Origin: Lytechinus pictus
Lineage: Eukaryota
Length of the DNA: 64,000 bases
Assembly: GCF_037042905.1 (NCBI RefSeq)
Contig: NC_087251.1
Span: forward strand, 23,438,001 to 23,502,000
Reading direction: 5' to 3'
Shown: piece by piece, positions 1-13,256 of the stretch
How positions within the stretch are numbered: position 1 is the first letter of the stretch
Layout: every line of letters starts with the position of its first letter
The notes under the pieces: generated by a model
What the model was told of the DNA's origin: nothing
The model's input: the letters and a program-made list of their open reading frames with translations, nothing else
Database searches by the model: none
Program-made: the position numbers and the translations under genes

Positions 1-149
1 TCGAGGGAGTGTTTTGGGCAAGGAAACAAGTAAAAAAAAAAAATAGAAGATATCGTCACATCAACCTTAGTTTGCTAAGGTCCATTTGCTCTTCTTGACT
101 AACGTTTATGTATATCCATATAACTATTTTCAAGTTCTCCGCAAATCAT

Positions 150-322
150 TTTTCACAAAGTGGTGCTCACTCAAGCGGAAAAATTTGTCGATGGTCATAT
201 CGTCATTTGCTTAAACAGGCCTATAACAATGTATAAAAGAAAAGGGGTTTAGGATATTACAAATATATCATTTTATAGGTTTATTTCAAAGTGTAAACTT
301 TGGGGTTTTTATACGCACTGTA
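150..322 (-). mobile_element. Tc1/mariner-like MITE fragment (same family as 46754-47182, inverted)
   Basis: End ...AAGTGTAAAC..ATACGCACTG-TA; internal 150-220 is the reverse complement of about 46850-46925. Confidence 0.7.
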
Positions 323-2744
323 GAAAAAAAAACATTTGCACCTATGAAAAGGCACAACCACACACTGGGAGTACCTTTGAGACCAAACAGATGAATAAAT
401 GCATCTGCAATATATGTATGTGGCATTGCCAAAATGCGCTAAGTAAAGTGCAATGCACAAAACAAAGCTAAAATGATATTAAACCATTTTGAGAGCAAAT
501 TGTTTTTATATCTCTCAATAGTTTTTTAAAGCAAATTTTACGATGCTGTAATAATTATGGCAAGTAAAAAATTAGCCACGGTAGCGGCTGTGATGAGTTT
601 TAGGAACGAGGGGGAAAGGAGCGCCAAGATTATAATGGTTATACAACGTCCAATTTGTTTTGAGATGTCGTAGAAGTAATAATCGATGTTGCGCAACCGA
701 GCGAGGCAATTGAGCTGAAAATATTTGCCTAAAATTATGGCAAAAGTCTATTTGAAAAGAGAGACTCTTGGTCTATCAGTTGCAAGAGAGACACTTGGTA
801 TTTAAAATGTGGAAGAGATTGGTCTATATATGGCCTTTGACTTATACTTTTGAAAAATCATATCAAGCTTTAACATTCGAATGGGGACACACCCCGCCCT
901 ATGCAATGTAGAGCATGATTTATTTATTGGTTTATTTTTTATTTATTTGTTTTGTTTCATTAATCATTCATTGATTTTGTTTTTATTACTTCTTTTATCT
1001 ATTTGTAATTACTCATTCACTTACTCATATACATTCACTTTTAACGATTTTTATTATCTTTATTCATTATTAAGTCATGTATCAAAATATCATATGATAG
1101 AATATTTTCATTCGTTATCATTTTTTTCATTTAGTTAATTCAGTTATCATTTGTCATTCATTTATCTAATGATTTTTAATTCATAGTTGTATATTTTTTG
1201 TTATCCACCCCTGTCTCCATCTCTTTTCATTCATTCTTATATATGCACCTATAATACTGAAATGTCCGAAAACAAGTGTGGGTGGTATTTTTGCTTCTTA
1301 GTAAACTAGCTTTAAAACGGAATTTCAAGGCCTAAAATAGACAGAAATGTAGGGTAAGTACTGTCTGTTTCTAAAGGTTTTAATGGAGTGATTCACTTAT
1401 GAAATACATTACATCACTATTTGAGCCACATATTCATGAATCTACCAAGCGAATATGTTTTAATCTATTGATGCAGAAGCTAATTACCTTCAGTGGACAA
1501 TAACCGGTGTCATTTAAAAGGAGCACGTATACCTTGTGCTGATTCCTTATTACTTTACTTTTGTTTAGGTCTTCGCAAATGATTTTTCAGAAGCGTGTTT
1601 CCTCTTGGCAAGATCATGTACAGTAATCAAGAAGGAACAGAAAACTATATATAGCAAACTTTTCGCGGGGCTGCATACCTTATCAACTGCACACCCATAC
1701 ACATTCCAACTATTATTTATTACCCCTGTTCAAATATTCCTTTATTGTTCATTACAATTAGTGATCACAAATATTACAGTTTTTGTTGACATTCTTGGGA
1801 AAAGAAAGAACGGACCCATTTTCTTGAACTTTGTGGTCATGCTAACATAATGTATTCAAAGTAGGTAAATAACAAACTTTAATTAAATATCGTCGACATT
1901 TGGATTATAATATTATTGGCATCCCTCAAATCCCCCCCCCCCCATTCTCTCGCTCACTCTCTCTCTCTCTCCCTCTCTCTATTTTCTTGTATTCTCAACT
2001 TTACTCGTAACAACTTTCAATGATTTCAGAGCTTAGGTCCACGTAGTGATGTCTGTTATAGTTAGGTCTCTTCAGATATCTAAACAATATATAAGATCAT
2101 ATTATAGATCTGCTATGTTCCTGCCTTTAACTCTTTCTATCGTTTCAGAATTCCTCCTTCCGCTATAAAATATATCGAGTCATGTCACGTGAAGTCTTAG
2201 TCATGCCATAACTATTAATGATGGGTCAAGTGTCCAGTTCAGCCTGGTGGCCATGGCCAAGATGTAGTAAGTTGAAGGCTAGAATGGCCTCAGTATTTCA
2301 ACCGTCACAATCTTAGCGGTCAAGTCAAGGTCTTGGGTAATCCATTATGATAAAGTTATGCGATGTGGTTTACTTTATCAAGTCCACAATTAAACAATTT
2401 CCATACCAGCGTCTTTGTTTTTCCCTTCTCTGACTTATCTGTTATTAACTGGGACACTAATCTTACAGGTCACCGCTGGACATTGGCCAGTTGTTCAAGA
2501 TTGACCTTAAAGTCAGACGATGACGAAATTTCGTCATTCGTGTGTGCATTTTGTGAATGTAAATTAAGGACTTGTTTACCAAATAAAGATAAGGCCACGG
2601 CGAGAAACGAAGAGAAATAAATGGAGAAAATGGGAAGGGAGAGACTGAAAAGATATTCAGAGTTATGGGGTCAGTTTCATAACTGAATCATTCCCTGTAA
2701 ACTGCTTTTGATCCAGATGATACTACTTCACACTGGCTAACATA

Positions 2745-2990
2745 TAGGGTGGGCTTGGGGGCCATGCCCCCCCCCCCCCCAAAAAAAGAGTTTCTCTTAA
2801 AAAAAAAGAAAAGGAAAGAAAAAAGTGTGAAATATGATATTATTCTATGTAATATAGACATCATGTCAGAATCTGTCCAAAAATTCGATTTGTATACTGA
2901 AAAGGTCAAAATATTGCTCACTCACTCCGCTTTCTCGCAACTTTGTTGAAATTTTGCCCCGCACGCCATGTAAGGCTAACTCTATATTTC
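2745..2990. mobile_element. hAT-like MITE fragment
   Basis: Shares the TGAAATATGATATT..TGTCAGAATCT..AAAAGGTCAAAAT..TGCTC segment with 11990-12100 and, reverse-complemented, with 46020-46140. Confidence 0.55.
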
Positions 2991-3318
2991 CGGCTCATTA
3001 TATGCTACTACAACTTCACATAATCCTGATAAATGCCAAAACTGTAAGTTTTCATTCCGGAGAAAGTGTTTAGAATAGATATTTAAGTGTTTTTCTAATA
3101 ATATTCAAGGATCATCCATGCTGATGAATATAGGCCTTTTGTTGAAAAATGATTTTCTTTCTTATTTAATAATGAAACCATAGAAAGGCATATCATAAAG
3201 TAATTGCGAAATTTACAGTCCATTCTTTCATGCTTACATAAAACACGAAACATACATGCAATATTGGCGCGGTACCCATCATGTTCTGGCATTCTGGCAA
3301 TAAGGGGACATCACCTTT

Positions 3319-3528
3319 CAGGCGGCCCTGGGAAGCGCTGAAGCACCCCCAAGATTTACCTGGGGGTGCTCCGAGTGTTATTAATCATAGGCAGCACCCC
3401 CTGGAAAACTGGTAGGTATGCTAAATAGCAGAAATTTTACCAAAATGACCATCCTTTGTTGTTAAACCATTTTTTTTTTCAAATTTAAGCCAGCGCCCCC
3501 TGTTAAAAAAATCGTTCCCAGGGCCCTG
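3319..3528. mobile_element. Short MITE with GC-rich terminal inverted repeats
   Basis: CAGGCGGCCCTGGGAA ... TTCCCAGGGCCCTG termini and internal GCACCCCC motifs; no clean target-site duplication seen. Confidence 0.55.
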
Positions 3529-3872
3529 CTTTTAGGAGCCAATCGGGGGGGGGGGGGGGCGGGAGACTCCCGTATAATGGCAGTATATTGTGGGTATGTG
3601 TGGCCCTCATAAGAGCTCCCTTTCCCGCCTTGCCGGCAGTTCCCAATCATATTTCATTTTCATCCCTTTTCATTGACCAGCCAGTTCCTAAACCCCTCAT
3701 TTCAGGAGTCGGTTCTTGGAGAGCCCCATTCCATGTTAAATTCCAGTTCTAAAGCAAACCCGCATTTACAAAGGGCCATCTTCATAAAGCCCCTTCAGTT
3801 CTTTAGATTTTGAGACAGGACTCCCACCTTTTCCAAAGGTCTCGGGCGTAGCAATAACTGCAGTGTATGGTG

Positions 3873-4040
3873 TACACTGTAAAAAATGAAGTTCTAATTT
3901 AGCACTTACAGTGCTTGTATAGTGAATGCACTACGAGTGCTGATTTTCTAGTTTAAATTTGAACTAGAAAATCAGCACTCGTGGTGCAGTAACTATGCAA
4001 GCACTGTAAGTGCTAAATTAGCACTTCATTTTTTAGTGTA
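3873..4040. mobile_element. Fold-back MITE with CACTG termini (CACTA/EnSpm-like), copy 1
   Basis: TA-CACTGTAAAAAATGAAG...CTTCATTTTTTAGTG-TA; near-perfect palindrome over its whole length. Confidence 0.85.
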
Positions 4041-5780
4041 TCCAAAGCCCGGATCCAAAGAAGAACTTTCGACAAGACGAGCTTCGATCGTACAAGAAAA
4101 GTGAAAATAGCGCCATCTAATGTTTGTATTTCACTAATACAATGCGGATCGGAGAGACAAACCGACATATCGGCAATTTTGATGATTGTATGAAAAAGAG
4201 AAGTAAGAAAAATCAGATGGACCTTGGACGGTGACAGTTTGAAAGTAATAAAACATCGAATATCATTGATAATTGAAAACTGAAATCTATGTAGACTTTT
4301 AAGCACGTTGAGTGGCAATTCGAAAGGTAGTTTTTTTTTGTTTTTTTTAATGAAAACCAAAGAAACAAAGCGATATACAAAATACTATCGAAATTCAAAA
4401 TTAATGGGGGGGGGGGGATGAAGGGTAGTCAATACGATGGGATGGTCAGAGGAAGGATATTGGTAAAAAGCGATATGAGACATAGAAATGTTGACGGGTT
4501 TTCTTTTTTCTAATCAGATGGTTGCGGATAGGTTATTGAACAATTTAGAACCTGATCATTTTGACTGATTTTAAGCATTTGTTGGGGGGGGTTTCGCGTT
4601 CACTCCATGTTCACTGCAATATAATATGCTTGGCGAATGTGAAATTCCAAATTTTAGCTCTTTTTTTTTCTTCGCCTTTTAGCTCACTGTATAAATATAG
4701 TCATGAACAATAGTCGTCCGACCTACATTAGACATCATTGGGGTAAATCGATGGATCATCTCATCTCGAAAAGAGAATATAAATGACATAGAACAACCAC
4801 ACCAACCACCGATTACTTTAAGGAATCAATTTATTAAAGATAAAAGTAATGTTGATTGGGCCATGTGACATCATTATCAAACGAAGCTGTACTTGCCCTT
4901 GTAAAACATCTTGTCACAATTTACATGATTAAGAAACATTTGCAACTTAGAATAATCACAAGATTCATAACTATCTTATTGCTACTAGACCACATCAATT
5001 CAAACTATGGCACAGATTACTTCTCTAACAGGTCTAATTAGTAATTTGATAGCCAGTACAGCATGCCATTATCGATTAAGGATGGCTTTTCTAAGGTTTC
5101 TTCAGCTGATAGGCTCAAAACAGGTCAGAAGATCTACAAACCTACAAACTTTGATCAAGACAAAAGTATTGCGCTTATAGTTGCATGAAATCTTAATTTG
5201 AATTGCCCTGAAAGATGTAGGCATACCGGTCGTCATGATTGTAAAAAATAGTAAGATAATATTTTGTTATGCTAAGTATGAGTTGCTATTTGTGACCTGT
5301 AAGACAAATAATAATAAAATAAAAAAATCTCTCGAATTTATCCAGTTTACGTTTATTTCAGTCTTAGTGCCATCGGCTATAATATCAAGGACTAGCGTTT
5401 ATTATTATTCTTTTTTGTAAATTTCAGTTCGTTATTATCTTCCTCAAGACAATTTGCTGAATCCGTGATAATATGCTTCCAGAATTCTTATTCATATTAT
5501 CTATCAAATTTATTTTCATGAAAAACAGATGAATTAAAAATCGATAGACAGTTTTTGTTTAGTAGATAATGGATCGTTTTCTCGTTTGGTCCGGTTTGTG
5601 TATTAAGTTATTCTTTTCTATTTCTTAAAAAAATATATATGAGTATGTTATGAATCCCTAAATATTTTTCATTTAAAAACATGATTCTTTATAATGTCTT
5701 AATTCGATTTAATCAAATTAAAATCTGTTTATACAAAATGGATAAAAAACATCAAACATCAAATACATATAAGAAGCATA

Positions 5781-5949
5781 TACACTGTAAAAAATGAAGT
5801 GCTAATTTAGCACTTACAGTGTTTGCATAGTGACTGCACTACGAGTGCTGATTTTTTAGTTCAAATTTAAACTAGAAAATCAGCACTCGTAGTGCAGTCA
5901 CTTTACAAGCACTTTAAGTGCTAAATTAGCAATTCATTTTTACAGTGTA
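5781..5949. mobile_element. Fold-back MITE with CACTG termini, copy 2 (opposite orientation)
   Basis: Nearly identical to 3873-4040; central GTTCAAATTTAAAC is the reverse complement of the copy 1 centre; TA on both sides. Confidence 0.85.
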
Positions 5950-8809
5950 CAATTATAATACATAAATACAAAGGGAAATCAAATGGGGGTTCAAATGGGT
6001 ATTGAAACATCAAAATAAATTCCCAACCATAAACATATACAAGTTATTACATGAATTGCATAAGAATAACGATAATGGATAGTTGACACTTAGTAACCAA
6101 GATAAAGAACAATAACAAAAAGACAAAATAGGAACAAACACAACGGGGAAGAAGAGACAAATACAATTATCTCAAGAATCAATGGGGAATTTTTTTATAT
6201 TTACGTTTAAAACATAGAAGTGTGGAGTGCTTAAGATCATCAGATCGAGAAATCCATAGTTTTGACCCGATATATTGTGGAAATTTACATTTGAGATTTA
6301 TAATAGACACTGTATTAGCTTGTCTTAGAGGACCAGTGGGTGAGTTACTTTGTATGAAACGTTTATTCAGAAAATTTGCAAGATATTATTATAGGAATAC
6401 ATAAACATAATTGTTTATTTATTTCTACTCGAGTAGGTATCTTCAATTTTGCGAATTTAAGACACTATTTCCTGTGAGTTACAAGGTACAGGATTTGTAA
6501 TGAGTTTTACTGCATGTTTTTTAATTGTTTTTAATCTATTTAAATGGCACAATGAGTCACAATGCGTCTCTGGATAAAGTTTTTAAATTTCAGATATAAA
6601 CCTGATTGTATTATTGATTGTATAACATGCGTGTACAGTAAGTTAAATTTTGACAAATGATGTTTCGGTGGTAGGTACTAAGCACTGAGGTAAATAATTA
6701 TTAATCAATAATTGTTTGATAGTTATGAAATAAATTATTTATTTCTTAACTATCAATCCAGGAACTCTATCAAGCTATTTAACCCACAATATGGTCATGT
6801 TCTGACCTATATATGATATCCCATATAAAATTCAAAATTTATTTCTCTAAGTCACTCTTAGCGATAAAACAATATAAATATTACTATTAAATGAAAACTT
6901 AGAACACCATTATATTTTACTATGTAATAAGATGACCGTGTTTACGATGATACCACCAATATACCAGCATAATGTAGGACAAAAATCGAGTATCAAAACC
7001 AGTGATAAACCTGTATTTTACTTCGTGTCAAATCTAGTCTGGAAAAAGAGACTCGCCTCCAACATTGTCCTAGTGTATTTCTTCATTACAAGTATACAAC
7101 TGCTTAAGTAAATGTTATGATAAATGATATCAAATACATTTTTTGTAAACAATGAAATCGATTTGTTTCGATTGAAAGTTCGAACCTTAAAAAAAAACCA
7201 CACATGCACATCCTCTCACACATACAACCCACAATCGCTCACTCCAACACAAACACTCACACATGATCACCCATAATATAAAATTATACAAAAATATCAA
7301 AAACAATACCTCTTTTTTTTCACACACACTCGCGTATTTCTTCACCCACACTCGCACATTGCACCCTCACACACCCGCCCGTCCTACATACACACCTTTC
7401 TACACCCGCACGCCCATTCTCGTTATTCATTTTTTTTACATTAAAAAATGTCGCTATGGGTTTTATTGGCATGCGTTTTGAAGCTGTTATCCTCTCAAAA
7501 TTCGCACTCTTAGCTATTAATATCTTCTTGTATATGCTATTTGCTAATGTTGGCAGCCCGTTTTGTTTGAACAACAAACAGGTTAACTGGCAAACAAGTT
7601 ACTATTAAGGTAATTTTGCAATTCAGTAGTAACTTTAATGGAACATTGATTTTGATTGGCTGATGGGCATGGCCGACATGCAAATATTACATGGCAAAGC
7701 TACCACAATCCCAACATTGTAGTAGAATGCAATGGGGCCCTGGAAGAATTAAAGAAATATTAAAGATATTAAAAGGCCGAGTAGCTTGTCTCTGATTATA
7801 GACTAACTACCTTGGTCGTTGTAACATTGGCATCGGTTTGAATTACCATTGAAAAGCCCTTGGCCTTGTGCAACCGTGTATTTCACTGATGTAACTTTAG
7901 ATAACACGAAGGGTTGGTATCATGTTTCTCTTCATACTTTTATTCTATAAGTATAGCGATTGTGCATGACTGTGGAGTACATGCGTGTAATTAGAGGACG
8001 TTTAACATGATTAGGGATGCGGGACAGTGCTGGTTAGATAACGGTAAAAACACATTTCACTAAGCTGTCTGATTTCCAATCAATCTAGGTCTATTTATAA
8101 AAAAAACTAAATTGTTATTTTTATTATTATTCAATTCAAAATTATAAGTAAAGCATAGTTGGATAACCGACATAACCATTCAGATAGTTTTGTGTGATTT
8201 TATGTAATATATTTTTATCTCCCTACTTTTGGTTTCCTCTTAACCCTTCGCACGCCGATGTTGCAATTTTGCACATTCGTACAATTAAATTCAACAATCG
8301 TAATAATAAGTTTTCCCCCCTAGCTTCATATTAGAGAAGCTAATAAATGGCAAAAGTTCTTGGACAACATCTATATAATAATAACTAGTATCAATGGTTC
8401 AAAATTGAAATCTTGATTTAAAAAAATAACATTGAAACAATTGTCATTATTATTATTCCCCAAAAGTGAATTCAGCGTATGGTCGACCATTATTTTTAAA
8501 CCGTTATACCGTTATGAATAAAATGTTTGCCTTTAAATATTTAAAACAGATTATTTGATTTGAATAAGAGGATGACATGGCAAGCAGTTCTATATAACTA
8601 ATAAAGCTATCATGTATATGTATAAAAATAAATGAATAGTAGCTTCAAATAATAAATACAATTTGATTATATATATATATGTATATTCATTAATAGATGA
8701 ATAAATGAATACATTACAGACTAATTGAATAAACAAAAACTTTAATTGATTTGGTTCCTCTGAGAGAAACAAGTGAATCTTCTTAGCAAGATATGAACTA
8801 TAGTTACAA

Positions 8810-9470
8810 ATATTTGTTTTATTTATTTACCAACAATTCACATGTTTACAGGTTATAAAACGAATGGCATAACAGTTACACATTATATGTATGAAACAAA
8901 CAATGGTAAATGGGACCAGAAAAAAGCACAAGTGCTAGTCGGGCCTGGTCCCACATATACTACAAATGCACATTTAAAAAGAACAAAAACAAACCAAAAA
9001 TTAAATTGCGATATAAGTAACATTTTTTTAAAGTATCCCAATTGCAGTAATTACATATACTGTAGAATACACGTAGGTAGTGTGAATTTATCATAATAAA
9101 TAACTTTTAAATAGAGGATTACTAAATCTTTTCTGAATATCTTCAATTAGAGTTCAACTGGTACTTTATTCCAGAAACCACTACCTAGAAAAAAAGGGAA
9201 AATTGACCTTGAGTTGTTCTTAGTCTTGGAAGATTTACTTGTTGGCCTTCTTCTGTCTTGTAGGATTTGTGCTCAATTAGGTTACAGTAATCTGCTGAGG
9301 AGTGGGGAAAGTTATCATTAAGCAGGTCATACAAAGGTACACACTGATAGATTATGTTAATCAAACGCATTAAGAATCATCCTTAAATCATTGAATAAAG
9401 GGCAAGTATGAGCTTGTCAGTGACTATATCACGCACTGCCATTTTTGGAGAAAGATATATACATTTCAGA
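8810..9470 (-). mobile_element. Decayed 3' end of a LINE (L2/CR1/Crack-type ORF2 C-terminus)
   Basis: Frameshifted minus-strand peptides AHTCPLFNDLRM, VNLPRLRTTQGQFS and GFWNKVPVEL follow the HT.PLF..L / LP..RT..G..S / WN.LP pattern of these LINEs; AAAT-type tail near 8815-8830. Confidence 0.7.
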
Positions 9471-11899
9471 CTGTTTTGTATATGTACTCCCCCACCTCTA
9501 TTCTTTAAAGTGAGATGTGGCTCTTTAGCAAAAAAAAAAAAACAATTGTTCCATGGGCATCCTGCGTTTAATTGTACATGGTAAGAAGCACCTACATTGA
9601 CTCGAACGATTTATTTGCCAATGTAGACCTGTTATGAATTTCTGTACGATGCAGTATCTCAACTAATTCTTGAAATCGTAAATTAGCAAGTCTTGAGTCA
9701 TGTAGAGGGTTTTCATAAGTTGTTGAGTAGACTTTGTGTACGTATAGATTTCCCTGTTTAAAGAAATGGCGTCTTACATGTTTCCATAAACATCGTGTCA
9801 CGATGATTTCATGATTGCATCTCTTATACTGTATATATCTATTTCAAAGCAACAACCTTGCAGGTACCTTTATGTCTCTACTGTATCATGTCAAGACTCT
9901 TTGAGATCGATCAGCACGCAATACCAATTGACCACCACACCTTGCCACCCCCAGTTAACATTCGATATGAAAATGACAGGTGTCCTGATCATGCCTAAGT
10001 GGACCGGTCGCGAGGTAAATGTACTTTGAAAATTACTTTATTTGTAGTGTGAAAAGAATGACCGTCTTGATGAGTGCAGCCCAATGCTGTAGGCACATTT
10101 TCAAAGGCACAAGGCTTCTGTTGCATCGGATTCCAAGAAATCGACCTTGCTGGCTTGCAATTAACATCAAAAGCGTTCAAGGTGTATTGCTGATCAGCAA
10201 TAACGGTATAATATGGCCCGGATTTGCCCTATAATCACAATTATAAATTATAACATCATTAAGGAAAAGTAGTTAAAAAGAGGGGCATGGCCATGGAAAT
10301 AACGTTGGTACCTACATCTGCATGCACTTCAAAGAAAGACACAAGAAGCCGGTTGGGGTGTTCTTTCCGCACAAAGCTATTGGAATATTACAACTTTATT
10401 TGATAATCAGGCTGTATAGTGAAGTGTTATGTATAATCATTATATTTTCCAAGCTACATTGAGGTCAATGTGGAAGTAAAGAGACAGATCAAGAGAGAAC
10501 GAGAGGGGAGAGATGGGGATAGAGGGGGAGAGGGGTGGGGATTCGCAGAACGTGAGAGGAAAATAGAACGGATTGGAAATGGAACACAAGAAAACACTCT
10601 GTAAAGAGTGAAAAATCAACATTTATCTTGTAAGGATGGTAATATGGTAAAGAGATTTAAAACGAGTGAATCTACGAATCGTCCACTTCACATTCGTTAT
10701 TTGTTTCTGTTGCTCCTCAAGTCAATATTTTAGAGAGTACATAGAAGACTGCGATATAAGTGAAAAGGGGAACCGAGAGGGAAAGTGAGATAGAGAGAGA
10801 GAGAGAGGGGGGGGGGTGGGTGAGGGGTAGATAGGGCGGGTGGGGGACGATAATGGGGCTAAACATAGGTGTGCCTGGGGTCAAGTTGTAAGAGATTTAT
10901 TCCCTTTAGGGAAACGAAAACCACGACTGTGCACATATCTTACGGTCAAGGTTGTCATACTGGGCATTTCTGCTAGGAATGGCATGTGTCTAGTGAGGCA
11001 ACATGGACTAGTCAGTCGCCGGTCTGATGAGGTCATTTCAGGTCACCATGACGCATGGATATCGTGCTTGACCGTTTACAAAGTCCACATAATGATTTAC
11101 GATCGGACAAGTATGCCCGGTCACCGGACAACTTGGATGGAAATTTCGAAAAACAAGTGATTAACCTGTAAATCATGGGCTTTTAAAGAATAAAGTGGCG
11201 GAGGGGATTATTCTATTTTACAATAAGAATTAATTACTTTACACTTAGTTTAGTTTGATAATAAGATTTAGCCAATGCCCTCCCCAAATTAGTATGACGT
11301 TAAAACAATATAGGGATATAAAGACAGACTATGAAGGGAGTAATCATGAAAAACCTCATCATCGACATGACAATTCAAATAATTATAATTTGAAACACTG
11401 ACCCCATTTTTACAGCCTATTTTTTTAATAGGAGGTCGACCTCCTTCACGAAGATATAATTATAATTGAAGGCCTCATGATTTTAAGTATTAAAATGCCA
11501 GAGGCTTACTTTCGCCTTTTAAAACTATTACGTGTTAAACTTGAACTCTCCAGGAGCCCCAATGATGCCCCCTCCCACACACACACACACACACCCTCCT
11601 TCACACGCACACACACACATACACACAATGGCAGCGTTGCCTGCGCCGTATACCCCTCCCCCTCCGGGCTTTCCCCCTTTTTGAAAATATTGTTTCATAA
11701 AACATAATAATAATAATGGATATTTAGAGGCGCTAAAAACAAACAGTACCATAGCACGTACAATGTATGAATAATTTAACATGAATAATAATTTAATAAC
11801 TACAATATTTAAGATAAAAAGGGAAATTATTTATTGAGGAAAAAGGTATGTCTTAACATAATTAGAGACCCCATCATCATTATTTTGCTTACCATCAGA

Positions 11900-12165
11900 T
11901 ACAATTGGGGGGGGGGGGGCTTGGGGCACTGAACACCCTCCCTCCCCCCAAAAAGGTTCCACGTTCAAGGGGCGGGAGATAAGGAGAAAAATTAGAGGGA
12001 TAAGGGTGAAGTATGATAGATTTTTCTGAATATTTTGTCAAAATCTATCGCATTTTTTTTCTTCATTATTAAAAGGTCAAAATTTCTGCTCGCTCATGAC
12101 GTTTAAGAAATGATGCCATATACGCCAGCACGGCATCTTGCCTTTGTTTACTCAATACGCCACTA
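11900..12165. mobile_element. hAT-like MITE remnant
   Basis: Poly-G start, segment shared with 2810-2930, terminal TACGCCACT. Confidence 0.5.
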
Positions 12166-12369
12166 ACCAAGAGTACGTGAAAGTGCTATCAGCTTAATTA
12201 ATGCGTAATTTAAACAAAATCTCCAGAATCGTACTGGGATACAGACAATTTGACAATCAATTTTGGGTTTTTTCCCCTTTTACTCGTAGTTGAGTGGTCA
12301 AGACTATACCCAAACAAAATTGTTGCAATCAAATGGAAACAAATTAGACAGGTATGGTACAAAACTTTT

Positions 12370-12775
12370 TATCCAATTGGATGTAAAATAAGAGACCAAT
12401 TGCACTTTTAAGTTTCGCATGAGCTAAAAAAAAAGTTTTATACACACCCTGGCTGATATATAAATGAAAAAGCTGATGATGTCACACGATCTCCATTTCT
12501 ATCAGTGTAATATATATTATATAAAATGTACAATTTCCCCCATTGCGAAGATTTGATAATAAAGACACTCTTGGTGTGTTCAAGGTGAATTCACACTATA
12601 AGAGCTATGAATGGAAGATATCCACATTTTCATAATAAACTAAATATCCCTCTTTTGCACACGGCCAGTGTTGCATTAAATAGGCGAAACCTTCAAAACT
12701 TCTTATTTCACATCCAATTTTGATTATATAAATATTCTCCTTTCATTCAAATCAACTCTTATTGTGTTGCCTTGG
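12370..12775. mobile_element. Diverged copy of the TTAA (Kolobok-like) MITE family
   Basis: ATTGGATGTAAAATAA ... TTATTTCACATCCAAT inverted pair, similar to the terminal repeats of 14840-15437. Confidence 0.55.
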
Positions 12776-13059
12776 CTATCGGTCATCAAAAACTTGACTG
12801 AACATGCTAAAGAGCGATCATGTTGACATCCTGGTGGAGAGGGCGAACGTTCTTATCAGAGGGCGTGCGTAGGAATGGGTGTGTGTGTGTGTTTGTGCGT
12901 GATTAATCTGTGCTATGTGTGCGTATGTCCTTGTGAGAGGGTGTGGGTATGTGAGAGTGTATGTGCGTGTGTGTGAGAGACAGAAAAGAAAAACACATCG
13001 GGTGGGAGACAACGGGATTAACAAATAAAGAGAGAAGAAGAATGGTAATGGGAATAAAA

Positions 13060-13100
13060 GAGAGAAAGGGAAGAAAGACAAAAAGAAATAAAGAAAGACA

Positions 13101-13157
<57 letters not shown>

Positions 13158-13256
13158 CAGACAGAAAGAAAGAACGAGACAACGAATGAACGAAAGAAAG
13201 AAAGAAAGAACGAAAGAAAGAAAGAACGAAAGAAAGAAAGAAAGAAAGAAAGAATT
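13060..13256 (+). repeat. (GAAA)n microsatellite, flanked by GT- and CA-rich tracts
   Basis: Seen directly; it explains the ORFs at 12818-13303. Confidence 0.95.

Noticed and set aside
688..697. Perfect C/EBP palindrome GTTGCGCAAC
   Set aside because: Lies in a decayed hAT-like repeat motif (compare GTTGCGAGCGAGC near 46012); isolated.
8240..8280. piggyBac-like left end TTAACCCTTCGCACGCCGATGTTGCA
   Set aside because: No matching right end found, so no element could be delimited.
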